Source of the DNA: Perna viridis
Taxonomy: Eukaryota
DNA length: 64,000 nt
NCBI GenBank assembly: GCA_037379345.1
Contig: CM074515.1
Span: forward strand, 3,782,001-3,846,000
Reading direction: 5' to 3'
Below the pieces are notes generated by a model, which was not told the DNA's origin, searched no databases, and was given only the letters and a program-made list of their open reading frames with translations. Both the position numbers and the translations under genes were made by a program. Positions 50,285-64,000 of this stretch are shown one piece after another; the stretch's first letter is position 1, and each line of letters begins with the position of its first letter.

Positions 50285-53026
50285 TCCACATTCAAGTATG
50301 ACGTCCTTAAAACGCTTTGAGACCACAATTGTGGTTGATTTTGGACTGGTTTGAAAACAAACAATAACAACTGTCAATGAATGAAATGTTTCAGTCCATG
50401 CTTTGTACCTGTCCATGTGTGACCTTATCATGCAAACAACTGTGCCATATCCAACATCATTTTACTTAATTCGCCCTTTCTTTCATTATAAATAATAATA
50501 ATAATAATATGAAGCACCAAGTTTCACTACCGATCATTTCACCTGACATAACGTAAAGTATACAGCCAAATATGTACAAATATGGCCAGTCTAAGGTTCC
50601 CGCAATAGGTCATGAAAATGTAAAAAAGTACCGTCCATACAGAACTTTTTCTGTAGAAATTCCTACTGCTAAAAGCATTCTTAACCTAAGATCAATTTGT
50701 AATTAAGTTTGCCACTTCTGGATTTCACAATCATCAGAGTATTCTATTTTGTAGTTTTTCAAAACTTTTGTTGTGTAGAAATATTCAAGAGCCATATTCA
50801 TAGATCACAGGCTTTCATTGAATCGTTACTCCATAAACAACCAGTTTCTATGCTTAGGAATGTATGGTATCACATGATGTGACTTACAAAAAAAGGAAGA
50901 GTTAGGATTTTTTTTTTTTTTAAGTTCTAGCATTGAACAACTGAGTTTTCATCATTTGCACATTATTAACAATTTTTAGATGAAACCCCAAATACTCATT
51001 GAAGTACTGGTAAAAATTTCTTTTTCTTTCCAAGCAAAACTTAATGTAACTTTCATTTTAAATTTTTAGAACGCAAGTCTTAAACACAGAAAAATTGTAA
51101 TCTGTTATAAGGAGAATAGCAACAAAATAATCATCAACAAAAACAAAATGCACAATATGACTGACGTATGGAATAAATTATGTGACAGATTTTTTAGAGT
51201 GAAATTACATACTATCTATTTGATCAAACCTCATAAAATCTTCAGATGAGATCTCATCAATAATAATTTGTTAAAATTGTTCAGCTTTTAATGTCAAAAT
51301 TCATCTATACAACTGAATAAAAGCATTTTAAAAATTATAAGGTATCATAATTCAAGAGTCTAATTAAATGATTATACAGCTTTCAGAAAGTTCTAATAGC
51401 AAGTCCTTTTCAAACTGATATAACATGGTCCATTGGATTTCAAGTAGAAATGTTTATGCCTCAAAGAGCTAAACACAAAACCCAAAGGCATTGAACAATA
51501 AAATTATATGAACGAAACTGCTTTTCAGTCCAAAGAATGATATTTAATGGCTTAAAAATATGGAAAAAAGGTTGTTTTTCAAATATGACTTTTCATATAA
51601 CATGGCATGCTATGGATGATCTCCCTTTAACTTTTGTCTTACACTGTCTTAAATTAGTGTTATCCTAAAAATGTCAGATATGTCACTGATCACCTTTAAT
51701 AGAAAGCCTCCTCACTTGTAGACCTTGGAATAAAACTGATATCTTAAGAAAATAAATCAATCAAAATTTGCATTCCACATACAGATAAAACATTATATAG
51801 GTAACACTTACACTAAAAGGATGACCACTGATAATGATACAAAACAGATTAAGTATTCAATTGTACATACTTTTTATTAAAAAGTATGTTGCAATTAATC
51901 ATATTTCTGATACATGTAAGTGAAACAATGTCAAAATAAGAGACTTTTCATGAAACAAAGATTAACATATGTAGCAAGACTGCATATTTGGATAATGTTA
52001 GGATTGGTCTTGAAAATCTAAGATTTTTTATAGTGATAGAATTAGATTTATGAAACAAATGCACCCAAAACTCATTAGTACCAGGATACATGTAATAAAT
52101 ATGTTATAATCAACTAATAAATTGTATCATTACTCTGTCCTTCAATAGTTATCACTAAAATAAAGGCAAGGTATATTGTCCTCAAATCTACTATAATTGT
52201 TGTTTGTTCTCATGGTTAATAGATCAATGATTTGATACACAATATAACAGCTCAGATTATCAATCATTCCTGTCCAATTTAGTGACAATCTGCTAAATAG
52301 CTTCAAACAGGACAAGTTTTGATAATATAAGGTGACATCATACTACTTGGACCAACACACATGGTATGAAGTTCCTAAAACCTCAAATTTCAGATTCCTT
52401 CAAATTTTTAAGGAAGATTTTCAGTGATACTTCACAAAAATGTTTACAACACAGACAGTCATTGTTATACTAGTACTGAAATCTATTTTAATACACCACA
52501 AAGGATAAAAATTCAGATTTATGTCAATGAAATAAGAAACTTTATAAATGACCAAATATCAGAAATATATTAGATAAAATATTCTGCAAAACATCAGATT
52601 ATAAATTTAAATGTAAACTATTTTGTTTCTATTCTGTATCTGGGTAACAACTGACTCCTTATTCTGACTTACTTTTTGTTCTAAAACACATTAAAAAGGG
52701 CTCAATTCATGAACTGAAATTTATTTCCCATACAAGGGCTGAAGTATTGCATTTTTATGTATATGTCTTGTCAATTACTTCACCATAAAACTGACAATGC
52801 AATTTAATGAGAAGAATTTGACAATATAACACCCCTATTTCTACCCCATTGGAGCTGATAATTTATTAACCTGAATGTACAGACAGATGCTCATAATATA
52901 TGGATTCTGAAAAGCCTTGTCAACCTCAACAGGAAGAAAATGAATGATTTAAATCCTTCATAAGAAAGAAAATGTCAGAGTGATGCCTGATTTATGATCA
53001 GTCCTTCTTACGATTCTCCACTAACC

Positions 53027-53076
53027 CGGGTATTAAAGACGAAGATCTCACGGGTATTAAAGACGAAGATCTCACG
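53027..53076 (+). repeat. Perfect 24-bp tandem duplication within a small CpG-retaining patch
   Basis: CGGGTATTAAAGACGAAGATCTCA x2. Confidence 0.9.
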
Positions 53077-56000
53077 ACACCGCAAGAATTGGGTATTAAT
53101 CGTGAAGTGTTCTCATTCCATCAAATGTTATCTGACACCTTGTTTTGCAAGGGATTTTCTTTTTAATTTTTCACCATTGACAGGACGATTGGTGATGAAT
53201 ATAAATGACAATCAATCATAGCTCTAACTACCCTCTGCATGCAAAGTCAAGGTGCAGACTAAGATAGAATGTCAGGTTAAATGTACTCAGAATCACATAT
53301 ACAACTTATGTCAAAATTGATACTCCTGAAAAAAAATAACTATCTCATACATCACTAAGCCTGAATATTTGATATTTTTAATTATTTAGAGGACATATAT
53401 ATACTAGAGAAAAAAATACATAGAATGAAAAAGACTAGAACCTTACATCTCACTGTCACAGTCATTGTATAACACAAAAAGTTATTAAAAGTTATTAAAA
53501 AAAGTTATTAGTTTTATTAAAAAAAAAACAAACAAAAAAAAACCTTCTTACAGAACAATACTAAATAATTGTGTGTAATTTCATGCAAATACTACAGACA
53601 ATATTACAAACAGACACATAGACAAAACACCTTCCCCATGACAGAAATACAGTAATTGTGTTAGATGTGTTTTCCAGGAAGCTTGTATAGATAACATTAA
53701 AACACTGCCCAAATTTAAAATAAACAGCCACACTAAATATCACAAATGTCAGTTCTCCATTTTTTGGGCTTTTAAAGTGTAACAACTCATAAACAAAACA
53801 TTGGTAACATCACAACTTTTAAGAGAGGTTATTTCCCTTAAAACCCAACTACCTGTATTATAAAAAGCCAAAGTCCTTTACTTTGTACACCATAACATAA
53901 AGAGTTGGACAACAGTATAGTATACATTCATAAAAAGGAGGAAAGGATGGGTCTAAAATAAAAATCCACAGAATTCATGTATTCTTTCTGACATCCATGT
54001 AGAATAATCTCCATTTCAATAAGACAATGAGTTTACACCATACTAGTACAGAATGTATTCAGTCCCTAAAAACCTATTGGCACATTTCAATCAATCTATG
54101 ACAATGTGAAAACTAAATTACCATAATGATTACTTTTAAAATACTTTTATACCAATTCCATAGCTTTTTAATGTTAGATAATGATAAATGTATAAAATAT
54201 TCTACAATTCTGGCTTATCATTAAACCTTTGAATGTAAGCATTAGATAATATAAAGGTATCAATACAGGAAAATGTCAGCATATCACAGTTTCATCTATT
54301 CCTTGTATAACTTTAGCCACTCCATGTAACATGGGGTTACATTAAGTCACATGACATTCAAGCATCTATTTTTACTGGCACTGCTAGAAGAAACTTCAGG
54401 ATAATCATCTTATTTTTTTTCAGAAGTGCTCATTACTTTCAAGTTTTCATAGTACTTTAGCATATACTTTCAAAATTTCATCATTCGAATGGAGCCAATT
54501 TGAACAATTTCTTTATCTTTCACAGTATAATTAGCAGTCATAATGAAATGTTTTTTTCCTTAATTCTCCAGCAGTAGATAGGAGCAAAAATTTTCAAAAG
54601 AGCAAACTTTTGAAACACCCTCTCCCTCAAAAAATATAGTGTGACGTAGGGTAAATAAACTAAGATAAAATAAAACGGTTTATTCACACATGAAGTCATA
54701 GCAATCAAACTAGAACTGTAAGAATCTGTACTGATACTCAATTGTCTTTCGTAATTAAGAAAATTTGTTAATTAATAGCATTCTGGATGGTATAGTGAAT
54801 GTTTATATAAGTTCTTCACGTTGTTCTTAGAAGTAACACTTATTCATTAACTGATTAGTAACTTAACAAGAAGAGAATAGAGAATAAACAAACACTGATC
54901 ACTGTTGTTGATGGTCTGTGTTACATAACATAATCTAGAGATGTCCAAATAACTAATGATGATAACCATTATGTTACAATAGGCATCAAGTGACCAGTAG
55001 CTAAATTATGAACTTCCTTTCCAGTCTTTTGCAATACATTCAAGACTCAAACTATCAAAATTTTAGGTCCTAAAGCATCTATTGTGAAAATTCTTATGTC
55101 TTGTTAATCATTTTTTTTTAAAAGCAAGTTTTATTGGTTTTGAAGTCTAAAAATTGCATTGGCAAATAATAATAAGAAAAAAATCATACACCTCAATTGC
55201 ACTCATCAAACTTAATAAAAGGTCTAAATTATGTGTAAATGACTTATAGACCACATACTGAAGTTCTTCCTTCTATGTCAAGGAAAAATTAAATACAAAG
55301 AGATAAAGTAATCTCTTCTCTGATCTTTTTGATTCTTCAAAATCAATTTTAATTTGAACATGTACAACACATGCACAATCAAAGCATATCATAATCGCTG
55401 CTGACTCCAGTACGAAGAGCCAGTGAACAGAAGCTGTGACAATCTGTCAAGACCAAGCACAGAAATATGAACCCCCAGGGACCAACACTATCCAATCTAC
55501 CTGTCAGCCCCAGTATAATAAATACAAAGGGTGGCAAGAAAATCATTAATATCTTAATTGTGACTCATCAGTTTATATCATATGACAGGCCCTTCACCAT
55601 TTATCTTTTCAGATTTCTATTGAAGTGTACATATAATTCAATTTTTCTTGTATCACTGTCATTCAGAGCTATCATTTTTCATATTGTTAGGCCGTCAAGC
55701 GGACATTCAAATCAAACTTTACATTAAAATAACTTGTGAACTGAGGAGGCCAGAGATATATTAGGATTTTTCAAAGAGCTCAACAATAGGAGACATTGCA
55801 ATAACACTGAAATTATGGTATTTGGAAGAGCATAATAATTTCTATAATTATTATCATTTGATTACTTGTAAGTAGGTATCTTAACACCAATATAATTCCC
55901 TACAATCAATGTGTGGTAAAATTCTTCAAAGTCTATGCACTTCTTATGTAAACTTGACATAAATATTTCCAGGTACTTAGGATTTTGTTCAGACATTTGG

Positions 56001-59000
56001 AATGGAAATGTCTTGTAAGTAAATCAGTAGAACTGAGAATTACAGTACAGTTCTTCTTTCATCTTCATATTACCACATCATATGACAGTAAATTAGTATT
56101 ACGATTTTTAATTAAGCATAGAAAAGCAATAACTAAAGAAAAATGGTAACTTCAGAAATTCTTAACTCAAAATAAAATAAAAAAAAAAACATTAAACCTT
56201 AAAGAAGACTGCTCATTTGAAAAAAAAAATGATCATCAAACTTTACTTCCTGTAACAAAGCTAAGAAGCAAAGACCCATGGGAGATATATAATGCAGACA
56301 GATTTAAGCAGGGAAGGCTTTCTATAAATGAACTACAATAATTCCATTACTATCAATCAACAAGGACCATAACTTAATGTGTGATACAGTCTGATGAAAT
56401 TTTACTTCTCACATGTAAAACAAAATACTATGAATGATGATTAAACAGACAGAAACATCTGTGGCCTCAGTAAAAAGGCCAACCTAGGACCAGCAAAATA
56501 TGAAAAGTATAAATGGCTACATCCAAATCTTCTTTGTCACACCTAAGTAATTAATACTTCTTTATTAATCGTTACGTTAAAAAATTCTGACAAGACAATG
56601 TTATAGAAACTAGATTCTTGAGTAACATATGAGTATGGGGTCAGAGGTTAAGTAAAAAACACACAAACTATCATAAGTAGCAGTAAACATCCAGGAGAAA
56701 CTGACTGATATCAACGTGAAGAATTCATCTGTCTGTCAAACGTGACAATATATTTGTATGATTAAACACTATCCTGTAACTCTGCACTACCAGCTGCTAG
56801 GCCTAAACACAGCTAATTCATCTTTTTATGGCAATTTAACAACTGTTTATCATAACTCATTTCTTCACCACTGGGGGTAAATAACAGACTGAATTGGAGT
56901 TATCTCCCTTCTGTCAATATGCCCAATATAGCTTAACTAGGAGAATTTTAATATTTCTTAGATGAGTTTAATGCTAAAGTAGATGATCAAAGCAGTACAT
57001 AAAGATAATCATTACACTATGTAATGTATACCATACCCTCTAATAGAGAACATGGGTCAAGCCACAGATAAATTAAAGACATAAAGTAATATGTCATTGT
57101 TACAGAGTGGCTGACATGACCAGATGGTACACTAACAAGGTCAACAGTAGTCTGCACCACAAAAAGGTAACACAAGGACAGCTGGATATCTCTAAGCAAC
57201 CTGTTAAATTATGACCAACCCAAAGCACAATCAGTCAAAAATCAGATGTGATTATTTTTTTGGTTCTAAACTCCTAAACAACTACATAAAAATGGTAGAC
57301 TTCATTAGGTAATGCACATAATTTTGAATACAACCAGATGTACCAGCATGATTTTTAAATCTCTGTAAGATTCAGGTAGTAGGTCAGAAACAACCACCAC
57401 ACTGGCGGTGTTGATTATGTGTTTAATATTTTAATGGCAAATAAATATTTCAGTGGCACATGACTTCCTTACACAACGAAATTTTTCAATTCCTGCTAAG
57501 TCGTATAGATCAATTACTGATTATTGATAGAAAATTCCACTTTCAGTAAAATTCAAACATTTTGGCAAAAACAGAAGGTTTGTCACAAGTATAATAATGT
57601 TGCAGATTTTAAAAATTTTGTGATTTTTATAATTACTTATATTTTAAAAGACTGAGTCCATGCAAAATCTTACTACATGTAAATAAAAGTTATCAAAGTT
57701 GTGATTATCAAGTTAGCACTGATCACAGTATAACATACTGAAAAAGTTACAACTGATAAATGAAGTTACTGGTTAGAAATAGATAACAAAAAAGTGAAAT
57801 ATGTTAAACAGCTGAGATAAAAGAGGATGCAGACAAAATTAATAGTTACCAAGATAAATGTGTAGGAGAAAATTACACAAAATAATTTATCGTTTATATT
57901 TTTCATCTTTTATCTCCAGCTCATAGGGGCAGACAAATAATTCTTAAATCCCCAAGTGACAGATAGGAAGATTTTAAAAACTTAAACAATAATTTCATGC
58001 CAAACACTAAGGAGACATAGATCAGAAGCTTAACTCAATGTGTCCTCTGTTTCCCTCCAGGAGTCGTTAATCTCCCTTCTACTGTTTGACACAACCAACA
58101 GATAGTACTCAATCAAAATATTTACCATCAACTTTTAGACAATACAATAAGGATTTATGATGATTTTACTGTCAAAAGAAGCTCAGAGAATGCAGCTAAA
58201 CATCATATTTCAATGTCATCAGACAGACAATATGGGACCATACAAATGATGGCTTTTCTACTTTATTTGATGCCTTCTGACAGTTACCATGGTAATATTA
58301 AAATATATCCATCAATGACTTTTCTCATTTTTATCCTAATTTGTTTCTATTTAAACTAGAGGGATAAAGCCAAGAATCAGACGCCTGATAAATATATTCA
58401 TGTCACAACAGGACTGATCCTTCAGTATTAAGTGTGACATTACTACAGCCAGTCTGACAATACCAGTTTTGGTACCAGTGTGAACAAAAGTGTCATATGT
58501 TGCGGAATTACAGGTCACGACAATTGATGAAGGGGAAAGTTACTTATACCATATATCACAGACTTTGTTTTTCTTTTTCTAAACAGATATAGGCAACAGA
58601 AATTTTGGCAACTGAAATTAGAAAAAAAAACTTCTTGATTTTAAAGAAAGAGTTTGATTTTTAAATCAAAAGATGTTACCTCAATAATAAAATAGCAAAG
58701 ATTCACACAAAATAGAAATCATTGTACATCTTTTTAGATACCTAATTCAAGCTGATGAATACAAAAGACATTAGGCTTTGTTCTTCCAAATGTATATTCA
58801 AATGGAGTGAATTTGAAATTAACCAGAATGAATATTAGAGAACACAGAACAAAATGGTAGCATTGTCTCAAACTTTCCCATTGAATTATTGAAATGAGTG
58901 AGACCAGAAAACAGGAAGAACAAGTCTGGCATGTGCAATAAGACCCTGATTTATATGGAACTTATAAGACTGATTATAATCCATTAAAGGGTCTAGTATG

Positions 59001-61499
59001 TAAATTACCCACAGCTAGATTGGAAGAACCCAAAATAAGGAAGTATTTGTAAGAGTGGCACAAGACACTGATTAAATTTGAATATAAGTTATCAGCTGAT
59101 ATCTTTCTCAAACCTCTAGAAAAAATCAAACACACATTCAACACCTGGATACAAAAAAGACCAAAAAAAAAATAGCTATAAATTACCATAAAAAACTGAT
59201 ACATTTAATAAATCTATATCCATTTCTCTCAGGTCATACAATATTTTCAGGTTTGCTCAAGAAACTGGGTACAGATTTCCAATATCAAACTGTCACAATG
59301 CAAGCTATCACTCCCTGCTATAAAATATGACAATAACTTCAATCATAAATCAAAATAAAAATGCTTTATAGCAGGGTACCTATTAATGATATCAGATTGC
59401 TTTGATTTGTTGGCAGGCCCAGTATTTTGTTTCTATTGAACATCAGACTGACACTGAATTGTGTAAATGGCTGATTTCAAGATAAAAAAAAAGTTCACAT
59501 AATACAAATCATCAAATTTTACCATGTGAATCACACTAAAACAGCAATAAATACTAGAGGGAATGATTCAGGGAATTTTGTTAGAAAACAATCCACAAAT
59601 AACTCACAAAGGAAAGTAACTCATGCTATTTTGATGAGTATAAAATAGTCTCAAACAGCTTCAGAGCAAAATTGGAAGGATTTACGTCTTAACTTGTCTA
59701 TTCATCAGATATATGCCATGAGTAAAGAAGCCATATTTGGAAACAGTAGATATAACACAATACGAAAAATGACTTGATGTCCATGGTCTGGATTATCATA
59801 TCCCTTTTAAACAATAGGGGAGGAATTTCTCCATTTCTGGCTAAAATAAATTCTCTATTTAATGATTAACAGATCAGTACTTTATTTCAGTAAAACATTG
59901 CGATTATTATCTCTTAAGTAGACACAAAACATGGTCCAAAGGTGAAACAGCACTATCTACACTTTGACCGAGAGTATAGAGCGTATACGCTTTAATTGTC
60001 CAACAGAGTACTGCATCAAATCCCTTAACAATAATTATTTTACTTCTACATTAGCAAACTCATAAAATGATAATACAATGTGAAGGAAATATTTCTTGCT
60101 AACTTAAACCCTATTAATCTATCAAAATCGAGGTGAACTGAATGACTTTTTTACTTGCCAATAGTTTATATAAAAATACTGTTAATATTATCCTTAAATG
60201 GTTTTTGATTCATGTACATCTAAAAATTTAATACCAGAAAAGTATACTAGTAGGTATCTTACCTCGGTGATATCAGCTGCAATACAGACCTTTTGAGACT
60301 TGATGGTTATTATTCATCATTTTGGACATCCATCATGAAGGGGAAAATAAGTTTCTAGGGGCTTGATGGATTATTCACATTTTAAAAAATTGTAAAACTT
60401 GAAATAAAGCTTTGATCGTCCTTTTTCTCTTAATGACAGAACATGAATGATAAATGTAATCTTTCATTATTTTCAATGTCATGAAAGGACCAGCTACATA
60501 TCAGTCATACTTTATCATGCAACCCGGTACAAATAAACTATACAGAGAAAACAAAGTCAGCATCCACAATCAGAAACAACAATGAAAAAACTATGCAGTA
60601 AAAATTTTATTGCAAGGTACAGACAATATTTGTTCAGATTATGTTAGGAAAAAAGTATGCTTATAGTAGTCCCTCTCTCTGGTTAGTTATTTACTACCAA
60701 CTTGATAGCAGTCAACTTTATACCATTTTTTTTTTCTCAAGAGAATGCCTAGTGTGCAAAGAATGCTCTAATTCTGACATATCATTATCTTAAACTTCTT
60801 GTTCTAGCAAATGCTGTTAGGTCTATTGAACTTTAAATCACACTAAAGCAGTGGTTTCAGAGTTTCAACCAAAAAAAAGCAGCAAAATACTGATTAAGTC
60901 ACAATTCAGCTTGCTTTTAAATCAAGTCTATAAAAGTGAGACCAAATAAAAGATTTTAAAGGCATAAATATATTCTGTTATGAAGAGAAGGCCAGTGGCC
61001 AGTGCCATGGGATTGAATAATATTTTTTTCAAAATAATACAATTTGAAAGATATTTCATTTTTGCATTTCAGAATATGCCAGTAATTTATTTTGTGGTTC
61101 AGACTTTTTTACACAGCACTTTAAACTGTGGTGTGTGCTAGGGTCAAAATTTAGCACATTTTCACATTGTATGTAAACAAACCATGGGAATGGCAAAAAA
61201 ATGCCGCATGACCATATGTTTTGAAAGTTGCAAAAGATAAATTGGCTTATGAATCTCAAAGAGTGATACATAAAATTGCTTGGCTTCTAATGGTCTATTT
61301 ACAAGGGGTATCATTTAAAATATGGGTTTGCATTGGAAGCAATGGGAGTTTTTTTTTCACTGAATTTATCCCTAAAAGCCAATGTCACATCCATAAATAA
61401 AATAAAGCAAGAACAGAACAAGCTGCACCCAAATTACACAATTCTGTCCAATGATTCAGTATGTAAAGTGGTGACACCTAAAAAGTGGAATTAATGTTG

Positions 61500-61911
61500 A
61501 AATAAAATGCTTCGAAAGGCACAAGCTTGATATGAATGTAGAGGTTGAATCCTGAACATTTGGGGTAAGTATGAACACTAAGAAAATGCTTGTTTGTTGT
61601 CTCTTTTAGGGCCCTATTTCATAATCATTTATAGTTACAACCCCCAAAATCAATCCAAGCATTTCTTTGGTGTAAAAGCATCTTGTACAATTTCAATGAG
61701 ATCCATATATTTACAGCCAAGTAACTGTCAAGACTTCAAGAAAATGCTTGTTTCTAGCTCCTTTTGTGGTTAAAAACCTTGTTGTAAAATTCTATCATGA
61801 TCTAATAAGTATGTTATTGCATGAAAACCAAGAGTCTATGGATGACGACAACATGGATGACAGTGCCCGTTACCAATACAGAACTGCAAATATTTTGTGG
61901 TCTTATAAAAA
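61500..61911 (+). mobile_element. Decayed pearl/HINE-like element (family of 18227-19102)
   Basis: AAATAAAATGCTTCG...GCTTGATA start; CCCCAAAATCAATCC core; GATGACGAC tail; terminal hairpin remnant ACTGCAAATATTTTGTGGT..TATAAAAA. Confidence 0.6.
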
Positions 61912-63172
61912 GCATGCATTAAATGAACAATATAGTAAGTTACATAGAAAGACCAAGAATTTATGGTGATTTATCAGAGTTTCAATTATTTACAGTATAA
62001 AAGAACTGGTAAGTTGATATATTGTTCTAATGCTTCTATATAAATTCTCATTATGGAAGCTTTCAATCACTTGCCCTTCGACCTTTCATGAAAATCTCCA
62101 GTTTACATTTTGTGAATGACAATATACCTATAGCAATTTATTTTCCATCACCCAGAGCAAATAATATAATCCATATGATATTTAATTAATTTGAATTTAG
62201 CATTAAAAAAAGTCCAAAATTATATTCAGCAATTGCAAGAATGTAATTTACCTATAGATGCAGTTAAAATTCTTCTTAAAACCTTTATGAAGCACAACTT
62301 TTTTAACTGTCTTTACAAACAAAAAGCTGATGTTTTCCCTCAAAAGAAGATAGGCAGGAGACACAGATTACATGAGCCTTGGAGCCATAAGCATCTTATT
62401 ACATAAAACAATTGCATGTTAAGAATGTGAACCTTCGTACAGACTACAGGAGCCTGATAATGGCCATCAATGTGATAGAGCTATGATTGGTTACAACTCA
62501 GTCTACAAATCAGGTACAATATCAATCAAGGATATCTATATAATCATTTTGTCTTAATTGTGTCAAATGCAGTGGAAATAAAACAAAAAATATAAACATA
62601 AAATGCTTAAACTTATATGAACCTCTTCATCAAAATAATAAAGATATAAGGTAACTATATTAATTTTTTACTTACACAGGCCTATACTTATGTAATGTTT
62701 GTTTAATGTTATGGTGATATATCTGTGTTTATCATGCCATTCTTATCCAATAATGAAAACTAATGAGAATTGGGGTGCACACTAATCAGTCTAGAAATTT
62801 ATGACTTAATTTATACAGACTGATAGCAGACAACTTAACCATGGAGAGAATCTACTAGCAACATTCTTTGAGCTTTTAACTGAAAAGACAATATTCCATA
62901 TCAGGAAATCTTATTGTAGCACATTATTTAAACCATTAACACCAAACCTGGTAGGTGTACAGATAATTTTATACAAAGTGCTTTACAAAGTTTTAACTAC
63001 AACTATATGTAGTCATTTTAATTGTATCTAAGTAGTATGTGATGTTCTAAGTCACAGTGTGTTAGGTAAAGAACAAAAAGTTGCAAGAAAGTAAGACCAT
63101 ATTTTACCAAATAAAACAACTGCAATTTTGCTCAGTATAATTTTTTTACAGTGTTTGACATAAAATTAAGTG

Positions 63173-64000
63173 AAACAAGAGGCTCCCAGGAGCCTGAATC
63201 CCTCCCCTGGTTAAATTTTTGCCCTTCAAGGGCAATAACTCTAACAAGGAGCTGTCTGAAAACTTTAATCCCTACAAACTTTTGTAGACCATATCATAAG
63301 GATTACTTCATCAATTGAAAGTTTCAATCTAACTATCAGGGTTTTCAAGATATTGACCAAAAACTGAAAAAAAATAATCATTTTTCACCTTTCAAGGGTA
63401 ATACCTCTTACAAGAAGTCATAAATTTGGCTATACCTAATGGTTTTGGATATATATGAGAAAAACTTCTGACTGACCCCTATACTCTACTTTTAGTAACA
63501 GCAGGCATGTTTTTTAACGGATCAAAAATCCCTACATCTGTTCTAAGCAGGATACCACAAGGGACATTTTCACCAAGTTTGGTTCCAATTAATCATGTAG
63601 TGTCAGAGGAGAAGATTTTTGAAAGAAATAAAATAAAAATATTGAATAAGGACAGTAACTCCAACATGGCTTATCAGATTAAAACAAATATTTGACCACA
63701 GATAGACCTAATCATGCAGAACACTTTTACCCATGTCAGAATTTGGCTTAACCTAATGGCTTTGGAGATATATGTGAAAAACTACTGTCTGACCCCTTTA
63801 TTCTATTTTTATCAATGGTGGCCATGTTTTTGAACAATTAAAAATTCCCACATCAATTCTATGCAGGATACCCCAAGGAACATTCATATCATGTTTGGTT
63901 CTAATTGGTCAAGTAGTGTCAGAAGATTTTTTAAAAGAAATAACATTTAAAATTGCAAAAAAACATTGAAAAAGGGCAATAACTCCAACATGGCTTATCA
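63173..64000 (+). mobile_element. pearl/HINE-like element (family of 28176-28780) with an internal ~320-bp duplication; truncated by the window edge
   Basis: AAACAAGAGGCTCCCAGGAGCCTG start matches the reverse complement of 28757-28780; 63422-63676 is repeated at 63739-64000. Confidence 0.78.

Noticed and set aside
44968-64000. tsh exon 1 (expected MPRRKQ-like) or a nested gene in the intron
   Set aside because: I inspected minus-strand ATG-CCN candidates and none gives an MPRRK-like peptide. The listed short ORFs are AT-rich noise or lie in repeats.

Overview
Eukaryotic, AT-rich genomic DNA. From the repeat families and gene structures it is very probably a bivalve mollusc, most like Mytilus (inference; no database search was run). 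Two genes lie tail-to-tail. (1) A complete 24-exon ZNF236 orthologue on + (CDS 15340-35976; 5,394 nt by my splice model, 1,797 aa, 29 C2H2 fingers), preceded by a CpG-rich promoter with a YY1 site. (2) The single large coding exon of a teashirt/tiptop (TSHZ-family) gene on - (41904-44965); its first exon was not found, so intron 1 appears to run >19 kb to the window edge. The first 15 kb is CpG-rich intergenic DNA with a recent inversion-plus-duplication, a small MITE, a foldback array, a minisatellite and a satellite-bearing Helentron-like element. The introns carry further non-autonomous elements, and a decayed Penelope-like RT fragment lies between the two 3' ends. No rRNA, tRNA or CRISPR was found. 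Most notable: the ZNF236-teashirt adjacency, which echoes human 18q22-q23; the mirror (A-B-C-C'-B'-A') order of duplicated zinc-finger modules in ZNF236; a tandem array of decoy splice donors copied from a zinc-finger exon end; an extra UBZ4-spaced C2HC finger in Tsh; and Pbx-Hox/Meis site clusters in a strongly CpG-depleted tsh intron. All coordinates were read by hand; repeat boundaries are approximate.
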